From Candidatus Altiarchaeales archaeon IMC4 (GTDB lineage: Archaea > Altiarchaeota > Altiarchaeia > IMC4), in contig MCBF01000001.1 in assembly GCA_001742785.1 (NCBI GenBank), forward strand, positions 635,664 through 654,175: 18,512 bases of DNA, in the 5' to 3' direction. Shown here in pieces: positions 1-7,431 of this stretch. The translations under genes were made by a program, and so were the position numbers. The notes beneath the pieces were generated by a model. It had not been told where the DNA came from. It worked only from the letters and a program-made list of their open reading frames with translations, and made no database searches. The first letter of the stretch is position 1; every line of letters begins with the position of its first letter.

Positions 1-1
1 T

Positions 2-2407
2 TATTTAGCACCACCAAATGATGAGGGTATTAAAAAAGAAGTTCCATCAAATACGGAACCTGTAGGACCCTGCCATTATGATAATCAATCTCATAAATGT
101 GTTGGCATTTGTGAAATCGCGCAAGAGCCGGGATCATTGTCAACAACAAAACGGCTAAAAACCTATGACTACCGGTGCATGTTGACTGGCGTGCATACGT
201 GTGGGTGTATGCCATTGGTTCCTGTTGAAAGATGCCCCCCCGGGTGTAATTGTTTATTCCCAGATGATGCATGTAACAGCAGTTTATGTAATAATCAAAC
301 AGTTTTATGCGAAGTTCCGGGAGGTGGACTTGGATTCTGCTATGAAACACCTGTGCTTGAATGTCCTGAGAATTGTACTTGTATGGATATGACCCTAGAC
401 GATGGAAGGAGGTTAGGATTTAATAGTTGTAACCAAACCTGTACTTTAGCAAATGGAAATATGGGCAGATGTTTTGGAACTAAAAGATGCCTGGGAGTAA
501 CAACCGGCGGAGGCGGGACGAGTACTGGAACAGGACAGATTACCGGGCATTTCACCTGCGACAACTCCTACTCAATCTGGGTTGGAAATGCCACCCATGT
601 AATTGACCTAAAATTAAATGCTACTAATTCTCTGGCAAGCGAGATACGGCACGGCGAGGATTTACCGCCGTTTGATGCTGTTCCGGAATGTTACCTCTAT
701 GTTGTCGCTTGGAGCGACGACAAAGATTACCAAGGATGGATAGGAAGTTTCACAGGTGCTATCACAATCCACTCAGAAGATCCAAGATGGAGCGTTCTGC
801 CCACAGGGATAGACAAGGATAATAATCAATTTCCAACTATGACTGAAATCAACAATGCGATGGCGTCTGCTTCACCAGGTGATTGGAAGCACACAACAGT
901 TGGCGCGGCGAACGGTGGGCCTCCATGGAACTTTGGTATTACAGGGATTCCATCCGATGCGCACTGGATTTGGTATGACAGCGGGAATGATAATCGGGCA
1001 ATATACCCCCAGTCCCCATATGTTCCATTCACAGTCCCACATCAAGGTTTCAACAATCATGACGAATTCCTGATATTTAGAATTCCCTGTCAGGAATTTT
1101 TTGTGGATTGCGCGTGTTATAATACAACAACCTTGCCCCCTTTCAATGGATCTGTTTCCTGCGATCAAACCTGTACTTTAGAACGTAGTGGAACTGTAGG
1201 TACCTGTTGGAGACCTGCAGAATGCCCCGACGGATGTGCTTGTTTGACCGCTGATGAAGCAAAACAAAAGGGTTACACAACACTCTGCATTAATCAATCC
1301 TGCTCGTCAGATGGAAGAAAATGGTGCTGGAATACATCTGTACCCGTCTGCCCGAATGGCTGCCCCTGTTTGACCGCAGATGAAGCAAAACAAAAGGGTT
1401 ACACAACACTCTGCATTAATCAATCCTGCTCGTCAGATGGAAGAAAATGGTGCTGGAATAAAACAATAGTTGTACCTCCTTGTCCAACTGGCTGTGACTG
1501 CTATCAAAATCCCCCTTCAAGTTATAATGACTGCCATCAACAATGTGTAGTCGGAGGAGTTCAAGGGAAGTGTTATTCACATTCTCAACCCCAAAAGTGC
1601 ACAGGAAACTGCACCTGCATGACTCAAGCAGCTGCTAATGCTTCTGGTTTTACTGAACTTTGCGACTCCACAATCAATTGTCCCTTCCCCGTCGGAGGGG
1701 GCGATCTAGGAAAGTGCTGGAAAAACACTACACATCTGGCCTGTCAAGCAGGCTGCACATGTTTGCCGAGGCAGAGTCAAGCGAATTATTCTTTTTGTAA
1801 TAATAGTGTAACACCCTGCAACCTTTCAAACGGTCCCGGTTTATGTTTTAACACATCATGCCCGGCAGAATGTAAGTGCTATACTCATGAAGAAGCGATA
1901 AAGCTGCAGAATTATATCTCCTGCAATAAATCCTGCCTTTTATCAAATGGAATGACCGGCGAGTGCTGGAAACCTAATTCATGTCATTGCGGAGAATGGA
2001 ATAATATAACTGTGAAATGGTGGGGAAGCACATCATCCACTCCAACGGGTATTTGGTCTGGCACTTGTGGTGGTTCAGTATCCGTAAAACATAATGAAAC
2101 CGGGCATGGACTCAGTGTACTCTTTGGTCAGAGCATGAACTGTATTAATTGCCCATCGTCACAACCAACTTACTACTGGAACATTACAGGACCTGGTGGG
2201 TTTTCATTCTCCGGAGGTGGTCCTTACATTACTCCTCAAGCCCCTTTTACTCCCCCTTCAGTAGGCACTTACCAGATGATGTTAACCGCGGAATGTAATG
2301 GTATAATATGTCAACCCTGCAGGCTCCAGATTGACTGTTACAATAGTTCTGACATAGGTGCTCGGGGCAAGGGTACTTTCGCAGTGAGCGGAAGAAACAC
2401 TGTGTAA
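2..2407 (+). CDS. 5'-truncated large cysteine-rich, probably secreted/surface glycoprotein: about 9 six-Cys repeat modules, a central lectin-like beta-sandwich and a C-terminal PKD/Ig-like segment
   Basis: The frame of ORF 137-2407 is open back to base 2 (YLAPPNDEG...GSLSTTK), so the real start lies upstream of the window. Repeated C-P-x-G-C-x-C...C-x3-C...G-x-C-[WFY] modules; a central domain with TCDNSYSIWVG...AHWIW...FR; many N-x-S/T sequons; C-terminal TYYWNITGP...FTPPSVGTYQMML. Confidence 0.8.
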   Translation, partial: YLAPPNDEGIKKEVPSNTEPVGPCHYDNQSHKCVGICEIAQEPGSLSTTKRLKTYDYRCMLTGVHTCGCMPLVPVERCPPGCNCLFPDDACNSSLCNNQTVLCEVPGGGLGFCYETPVLECPENCTCMDMTLDDGRRLGFNSCNQTCTLANGNMGRCFGTKRCLGVTTGGGGTSTGTGQITGHFTCDNSYSIWVGNATHVIDLKLNATNSLASEIRHGEDLPPFDAVPECYLYVVAWSDDKDYQGWIGSFTGAITIHSEDPRWSVLPTGIDKDNNQFPTMTEINNAMASASPGDWKHTTVGAANGGPPWNFGITGIPSDAHWIWYDSGNDNRAIYPQSPYVPFTVPHQGFNNHDEFLIFRIPCQEFFVDCACYNTTTLPPFNGSVSCDQTCTLERSGTVGTCWRPAECPDGCACLTADEAKQKGYTTLCINQSCSSDGRKWCWNTSVPVCPNGCPCLTADEAKQKGYTTLCINQSCSSDGRKWCWNKTIVVPPCPTGCDCYQNPPSSYNDCHQQCVVGGVQGKCYSHSQPQKCTGNCTCMTQAAANASGFTELCDSTINCPFPVGGGDLGKCWKNTTHLACQAGCTCLPRQSQANYSFCNNSVTPCNLSNGPGLCFNTSCPAECKCYTHEEAIKLQNYISCNKSCLLSNGMTGECWKPNSCHCGEWNNITVKWWGSTSSTPTGIWSGTCGGSVSVKHNETGHGLSVLFGQSMNCINCPSSQPTYYWNITGPGGFSFSGGGPYITPQAPFTPPSVGTYQMMLTAECNGIICQPCRLQIDCYNSSDIGARGKGTFAVSGRNTV
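1241..1460 (+). repeat. Near-identical intragenic direct repeat (94 bp x2, period 126 bp = 42 aa)
   Basis: 1241-1334 and 1367-1460 differ at one synonymous base (GCT/GCA); both encode CLTADEAKQKGYTTLCINQSCSSDGRKWCWN. Confidence 0.95.
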
Positions 2408-2533
2408 ACAAAATGAAAAAGTTGAGCAACAATGAACAGAAACGGATTTTAGAATTATCGAATTAATATTTTGGACGGAGTTCGGAACTCTGCGGATTTG
2501 CTATTGCGAATCCTTGCCTCGCTTCGCTCGGTC

Positions 2534-2627
2534 ATATAACAGACGCATATCTGGCTACGGGCTGTCGCCCTTCGCCCAAATTGGCTCACTTCGTTCGCCA
2601 ACTTCAGATATGCATCAGCCGTTAAAT
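2534..2627 (+). mobile_element. attC-like integron cassette recombination site 1
   Basis: R''-like ATATAAC (2534-2540) and R'-like GTTAAAT (2621-2627); perfect inner inverted repeat GCATATCTG (2545-2553)/CAGATATGC (2605-2613); two internal hairpins; downstream of a + strand gene. Confidence 0.7.
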
Positions 2628-2788
2628 ACAATTGAGCCCTCGCCCCGGATAATACGAAACGAGCGGGGGGGGTGTCGACGGACGGACGACGTTTTATGAG
2701 GCCGACTACTTTCTGTGCGGTTTTCCGGTTGGTTTTCTGTAAATTTCCATGGGTTTTCTTGGGGGCCTCTAACTCTTCATTTGTTGTT

Positions 2789-2822
2789 TTTATATAGAAC
2801 AAAAACCATTATATATTGTTCT
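2789..2822 (+). promoter_or_regulatory. Archaeal TATA-like promoter with flanking inverted repeat upstream of the ATPase
   Basis: TTTATATA (2789-2796) and TTATATA (2809-2815), the latter about 21-27 nt before ATG 2836; AGAACAA (2796-2802)/TTGTTCT (2816-2822) inverted repeat brackets the proximal box. Confidence 0.45.
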
Positions 2823-2835
2823 CCTAGAAAACAAT

Positions 2836-4098
2836 ATGGAACCAGTGTTTGAGGAATGGAACGCATATGCAAAAAGGAAGGTTTTAAAACCACGTCTAAT
2901 AGACTTGGATCGCCTTATTTCTGATTCAAATCTTAAGATCGTCGGAGTTACGGGTATAAGGAGGTCCGGGAAGTCTAGCATATTGATGCTGCTCTTGCAG
3001 AAGCTTCAGAATGACGGCAAAACGGTAGCCTATGTGAATTTGGAGGACAGCAGGATCAGCGACCAAAAGGGTATCCTTGACGAATTAATCAAGTGGTTTG
3101 GGGATTCTGGTTTCCTTCTGATAGATGAGGTAACAAGCGTGACGGAGTGGGAGGGATGGCTTGCCAGGAATCACGAGCTTTTGAAGGGCCGGCTCAATCT
3201 TATAGTAAGCTCTTCAAGGGCAAGTTTATCCAAACCTTCCAAACCTCTGCGGGGACGGGCGCTGGCATGTGAATTGTATCCTCTCTCTTTCAAGGAATTC
3301 TTGCAGTTCTCGGGAGTGGAGATAGAATACACTACCGCAGGAATAGGACGACTGGAAAGGGCCTTAAATGATTACCTTGATTACGGGGGGTTTCCAGAGG
3401 CAGTTCTCTCCAAGGATAAAACCGACAAGATAAGGCTCCTTGACTCTTATTTTAGAGACATAGTGGGATTGGATGTGGCAGAAATATCGGGCGAGAACAT
3501 ATCGACAGTGGAGCTTTTCGGCAAATACGTGATAGAGACCTCATATTTCTCAGCTTCCAAGTGCCTGAATTTTTTCAAAAGCCTCGGACACAAAATAGGT
3601 AAGCAAAGCATACTGAACCTGGAAAAACATTCACAGGAAGGCTACCTATTCTTCTTTGTGCCGATATTTTCCCACAGCATAAAGGATAGAACACAATATC
3701 CTAGAAAAGCATACCTGGGAGATACAGGATTCATGCGCGCAGTCAGAGGAAAAACTGATATTGGAAGACTATTCGAAAACGCAGTTTATCTGGAACTCAA
3801 GAGACACAAAAAAGCGACCCAAGAGATATATTACTATAGGAACAAGGACGGCAGCGAATCAGACTACGTATTAACTGAAGGGTTGAAAGTCAAAACGATA
3901 ATACAGGTAACATCAGACCTCGAAAACGAAAAAACCAAAGAACGCGAAACACATGGTCTTGTCGAGTGCGCCAAAGAAACGGGTCTGAAAGAGGGATTGA
4001 TAATAACAAAGGACAAAGAAGGCAGGGAAGAAATAGAGGGAATAAAAATAAATTTTGTTCCTCTGCGGAAATGGCTCCTAGAAGAAAAGGAAAACTAA
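2836..4098 (+). CDS. AAA+ ATPase, COG1373-type (AAA_14 + DUF4143)
   Basis: Walker A GIRRSGKS, YVNLED, Walker B LLIDEV, LYPLSFKEF, YGGFPE, RKAYLGDTG, GRLFENAV, C-terminal ESDY...IQVT; 420 aa. Confidence 0.92.
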   Translation: MEPVFEEWNAYAKRKVLKPRLIDLDRLISDSNLKIVGVTGIRRSGKSSILMLLLQKLQNDGKTVAYVNLEDSRISDQKGILDELIKWFGDSGFLLIDEVTSVTEWEGWLARNHELLKGRLNLIVSSSRASLSKPSKPLRGRALACELYPLSFKEFLQFSGVEIEYTTAGIGRLERALNDYLDYGGFPEAVLSKDKTDKIRLLDSYFRDIVGLDVAEISGENISTVELFGKYVIETSYFSASKCLNFFKSLGHKIGKQSILNLEKHSQEGYLFFFVPIFSHSIKDRTQYPRKAYLGDTGFMRAVRGKTDIGRLFENAVYLELKRHKKATQEIYYYRNKDGSESDYVLTEGLKVKTIIQVTSDLENEKTKERETHGLVECAKETGLKEGLIITKDKEGREEIEGIKINFVPLRKWLLEEKEN

Positions 4099-4238
4099 TC
4101 GTGGGAAAAATACTTGCTTTACGGACGCCCCCACCCCCTAATTTTTGACGGAATGTGGGCAACAACACGGACGGACCAAGGAAGGGTCGCAGTTTTGAAC
4201 TTCTCTTCGCCTCGTTCGGTCCTCGGCCCTGAGGGGGT

Positions 4239-4325
4239 GCATAACTGGTTTTTTACGGTTCGTCCCCTCGGGACTTCAACAAATTCTACCTTCGGCGGAA
4301 TTTCGTTAAATGCGGGGCGTTATAC
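4239..4325 (+). mobile_element. attC-like integron cassette recombination site 2
   Basis: R''-like GCATAAC (4239-4245) and R'-like GTTATAC (4319-4325); imperfect inner arms TTTTACG/CGTTAAA; hairpins GTCCC-CTC-GGGAC and AAATTC...GAATTT; same layout and similar downstream tail as site 1. Confidence 0.68.
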
Positions 4326-4396
4326 GCAATCGAGTTCTCGTTAGTTACGAACAAATGCGAAGGTGGAGCCAGAAACGAAAGACAAGAAAAATTTCC

Positions 4397-4548
4397 GACA
4401 AGAAAATTTGCCTGCGGCAAATTTTGTGTCCCATGAACCTGTTGATAATGATTTTGCAGTGGCAAAATCAGTACACGCGAAACACCATGTGTTTCGGTGT
4501 CCCGCGAATCGAAAGATTCGCGTGGATACCAAAACCTATAGGGTTTTG
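4397..4548. repeat. Hairpin array A (five consecutive short inverted repeats)
   Basis: AAAATTTGCC-tgc-GGCAAATTTT (4403-4425); TGATTTTGC-agtg-GCAAAATCA (4449-4470); CGAAACAC-cat-GTGTTTCG (4478-4496); CGCGAATC-gaaa-GATTCGCG (4503-4522); CAAAACC-N5-GGTTTTG (4530-4548). Confidence 0.85.
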
Positions 4549-4640
4549 CTTATTCATGCGGAAGGAAATCTTTGTGTCCTATTATAAAGTAGGATAATTT
4601 ATAATACGGATTAATAGAACAAATGTTAATAGTATATATC

Positions 4641-5219
4641 ATGGCAAAAAAGCTGAAAGGTACAGAAACCGAAAAGAATCTTCTAAAGGCATTTGCAGGG
4701 GAAAGCCAGGCCAGAAACAGATATGCGTTCTTCGCTTCCGTTGCTAAGAAAGAGGGTTACGAGCAGATCTCGGCAATATTCCAGGAAACCGCCGATAACG
4801 AAAAAGAGCATGCTAAGGTTTTCTTCAGATATCTGGAGGGAGGAGATTGTGAAATAACTGCGTCCTATCCTGCAGGAAAAATAGGGGCAACAACAGATAA
4901 TCTTCTTGAATCGGCAAATGGAGAAAAGGCGGAGTGGGGGGCGCTGTATCCCCAGTTCGAAAAAATAGCAAAAAAAGAGGGGTTCGATGAAATAGCAGAA
5001 TCATTCAAAGAGATTGCAGAAGTTGAACGGCACCATGAACAAAGATACAGGAAGTTGCTTGATAACATTCAAAACAAAAAGGTCTTCAACAAAGACAAAA
5101 TTGTAAAATGGAAATGCCGGAATTGCGGATATATCCACGAAGGAATGGATGCTCCGAAGGTATGTCCTGCTTGTAAGCACCCGCAGAGTTATTATGAGTT
5201 GTTGGCCGATAACTTTTGA
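4641..5219 (+). CDS. rbr: Rubrerythrin
   Basis: LKGTETEKNLLKAFAGESQARNRY, diiron E-x-x-H motifs (EKEH, ERHH), C-terminal rubredoxin-like CRNC...CPAC. Start placed at ATG 4641 (MAKKLKG); TATA-like TTTATAAT near 4598. Confidence 0.96.
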   Translation: MAKKLKGTETEKNLLKAFAGESQARNRYAFFASVAKKEGYEQISAIFQETADNEKEHAKVFFRYLEGGDCEITASYPAGKIGATTDNLLESANGEKAEWGALYPQFEKIAKKEGFDEIAESFKEIAEVERHHEQRYRKLLDNIQNKKVFNKDKIVKWKCRNCGYIHEGMDAPKVCPACKHPQSYYELLADNF

Positions 5220-5296
5220 TTATTTTAGGCATAGCGGCACTAAACCCGCGGGTATGGCCGCCAACCGCGCACCTAAATAAGAACAGCCCTTTTCTT

Positions 5297-5448
5297 TCCG
5301 CGAAACTGCAATGCAGTTTCGGGACAGGAAATTTCGCAATATGCGAAATTTGTGTCCCACGAATCAACAGATTCGTGCGGAACCAAAAGTGCTTTTGCAC
5401 TTTTGCGTTCCTGCAAACCTTTTCGGTTTGCATAATCCGATTCTCGGA
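5297..5448. repeat. Hairpin array B (six consecutive inverted repeats, homologous to array A)
   Basis: CGAAACTGC-aat-GCAGTTTCG (5301-5321); GGGACA..AAATTTCGCA-ata-TGCGAAATTT.TGTCCC (5321-5358); CACGAATC-aaca-GATTCGTG (5358-5377); CAAAAGTGC-tttt-GCACTTTTG (5384-5405); TGCAAACC-N5-GGTTTGCA (5412-5432); TCCGA-ttc-TCGGA (5436-5448). Confidence 0.85.
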
Positions 5449-5537
5449 AACGCTTGTGATGATGCGAACTGTCGCCAACCATTTCTTACCTGCGGCAATT
5501 CTGCATTTGTTTTATTCTATAAATCAGATAAACTAAA

Positions 5538-5597
5538 GACAGGATGATGATGCGAACAACCGCTGAACAATGATGACTGATGGGCGAGCTGACTGTC
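5538..5597 (+). ncRNA. Archaeal C/D-box 2'-O-methylation guide sRNA
   Basis: Terminal stem GACAG (5538-5542)/CTGTC (5593-5597); C box ATGATGA 5544-5550; 12-nt guide; D' CTGA 5563-5566; C' ATGATGA 5570-5576; 12-nt guide; D CTGA 5589-5592; TATA-like TATAAAT at 5518-5524. Confidence 0.93.
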
Positions 5598-5625
5598 AAA
5601 CTAATATTTACCACAAAAAGCTACA

Positions 5626-7149
5626 ATGCACTGGGCAGACAAAACAGCAGAGGATCTGACAAGGCGGGGAAAATCGCACGTAATCGAGACCGGGACGTCC
5701 ATATCCGGGATTCCGCACATAGGCAATGCAAGTGATGTTATAAGGGGCGATGCGATAAGAAAGGCGCTTGCCGACAAGGGCATAAATGCAAGGTTTATCT
5801 GGGTGGCCGACGACTCTGACCCGTTCCGCAAGGTTCCGCGAGGCTTTGAGAAACTGAAGGATTATCTGGGGTTCCCGGTACATGACCTCCCGGACCCCGA
5901 GGGCTGCCACGCAAACTTTGTCGATCACTTCGTCGAGCCGTTCATAGCGGACCTTTCCGAGTTCGGGGCAGCCCCTGAAGTAATATCGGGCAGAGAGATG
6001 TACAAAAACGGCGAGTTTTACGGCGGGATAAAAACTGCGCTTGATAACTGCGAAAAAATCGTCGAGATACTTAACGGGTTCAGGCAGGAGCCGCTGCCGG
6101 GCGATTTCATCCCATGGAACCCGGTGTGCGAGAAATGCGGAAGGATTTCAACGACGAAGCCTTTGTCAAGGGTGGGCGACATCGTCCGCTATGTCTGCGA
6201 GCGCACCGAGGTATCGGGCGGCACCGTTGAAGGCTGCGGGTTCGAGGGCGAAAGCGACATAAAAAAAGGCGGCGGGAAACTGCCGTGGCGCGTTGAGTGG
6301 GCGATGCGCTGGGCGCACTTCGGGGTAACCTGCGAGCCTCTTGGCAAGGAGCACGCCTCGGCCGGGGGAAGTTTCTGGACATCGAAGATCGTGTGCAAGG
6401 ATGTCTTCGGTTGGGAGCCGCCGATGCCGGTGATCTACGAGTTTTTCACGCTAAACGGCGAGAAGATTTCATCGTCAAAGGGGAACGTTATCACGCTTTC
6501 CGACTGGCTCGAAATCGCAGAACCAGAAGTGCTTAAGGCGTTCATGTACAAGGTTCTGAAGAAACAAAGAGACATAGACCTTGGGAGGGTTTCGAACCTT
6601 GTTGACGAGTACGACGAACTTGAGGCCATGTATTTCGCAGGCTCAGACGAGGACTCCAAAAGGCACTATGAACTGTCGCAGGTTTCCGGGCCGAAAAAAC
6701 TCCAAGTCCCGTTCACGATGTGCGCCGTCATGTCACAGATACCAAACCTTGATCTGGAAGAGGCGGCAAAACGGCTCGGCAATCAGGGTTACGAGGATTT
6801 TGATTTAGGCAGGTTGGATAAAAGGACAAGGCTCGCAGGAAACTGGGTCCGCCGCTTCGGGCCGGACTACCTGAGGTTTGAGCTTCTGCAGGATGTTTCC
6901 GGAATCTGCTTGGATGAGAAGCAGAAGGAGGGGTTGTCTATTCTTGCCGGCGAGCTTGATAAGAAGTACAAACCCGCCGAACTGCACAAGAAGATATACG
7001 AAACCGCGCGCTCAATCGGCCTTGAGCCAAACAGCCTGTTTGACTCCATTTACCTGTCGCTGATAGGCAAAACCAAAGGTCCGAGAGCGGGGTATTTCCT
7101 GCTTGCGCTTGATAAAAATTTCGTGCAAAAAAGGTTCGGGGATGTTTAG
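5626..7149 (+). CDS. lysS: Class I lysyl-tRNA synthetase
   Basis: MHWAD start, SISGIPHIGN (HIGH-like), DDSDPFRKVP, Zn-binding CEKC, GKLPWRVEWAMRW, EPLGKEH, KISSSKGN (KMSKS-like), GPRAG tail. Confidence 0.97.
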   Translation: MHWADKTAEDLTRRGKSHVIETGTSISGIPHIGNASDVIRGDAIRKALADKGINARFIWVADDSDPFRKVPRGFEKLKDYLGFPVHDLPDPEGCHANFVDHFVEPFIADLSEFGAAPEVISGREMYKNGEFYGGIKTALDNCEKIVEILNGFRQEPLPGDFIPWNPVCEKCGRISTTKPLSRVGDIVRYVCERTEVSGGTVEGCGFEGESDIKKGGGKLPWRVEWAMRWAHFGVTCEPLGKEHASAGGSFWTSKIVCKDVFGWEPPMPVIYEFFTLNGEKISSSKGNVITLSDWLEIAEPEVLKAFMYKVLKKQRDIDLGRVSNLVDEYDELEAMYFAGSDEDSKRHYELSQVSGPKKLQVPFTMCAVMSQIPNLDLEEAAKRLGNQGYEDFDLGRLDKRTRLAGNWVRRFGPDYLRFELLQDVSGICLDEKQKEGLSILAGELDKKYKPAELHKKIYETARSIGLEPNSLFDSIYLSLIGKTKGPRAGYFLLALDKNFVQKRFGDV

Positions 7150-7388
7150 TCTTTGACCACTATCACCTTGCTGACACCGTTGACTGCTTCGTAGGGGATC
7201 ATCAGGTTTCCGTCCTGATCCTTAGGATATGCTGCCCCGCTCGTTTCTGGAAGGGGTTCAACGAGAAGCGATATAAACCCCCCAGTGTGTTCATCCACGA
7301 CGATGTCGTCCAACCTTCCAAGTTCCTCTCCGCTGACAGTTATCACGGGTTTTCCACCCAGCTGGCGCGCGATTATATACGTGACCAT
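7146..7388 (-). CDS. PRC-barrel domain protein
   Basis: ARQLGGKPVITVSGEELGRLDDIVVDEHTG...LMIPYEAV..V pattern; 80 aa; converges with lysS (4-bp overlap). Confidence 0.88.
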   Translation of the reverse strand: MVTYIIARQLGGKPVITVSGEELGRLDDIVVDEHTGGFISLLVEPLPETSGAAYPKDQDGNLMIPYEAVNGVSKVIVVKD

Positions 7389-7431
7389 TTTACCCTTATC
7401 TATTGTAACATATATTTAAAAATAAAATACG

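Noticed and set aside
1241..1460. Diversity-generating retroelement TR/VR pair
   Set aside because: Only one synonymous mismatch, both copies are in-frame tandem modules, and there is no reverse transcriptase in the window.
2455..2802. Short ORFs over the structured intergenic regions (also 4114-4597 and 5086-5547)
   Set aside because: They overlap palindromic non-coding elements and show no protein motifs; likely spurious.
2663..4140. Terminal inverted repeats of a transposon around the ATPase (G-run at about 2665 and C-runs at about 4127-4138)
   Set aside because: The match is low-complexity and imperfect; no transposase or target duplication.
5220..5300. A third intact attC site after rubrerythrin
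   Set aside because: No intact TAAC...GTT pair or the two-hairpin core seen in the other two sites.
4397..5448. CRISPR array or tRNA genes
   Set aside because: No identical repeats with regular unique spacers, no cas genes, and no cloverleaf or T-loop consensus.
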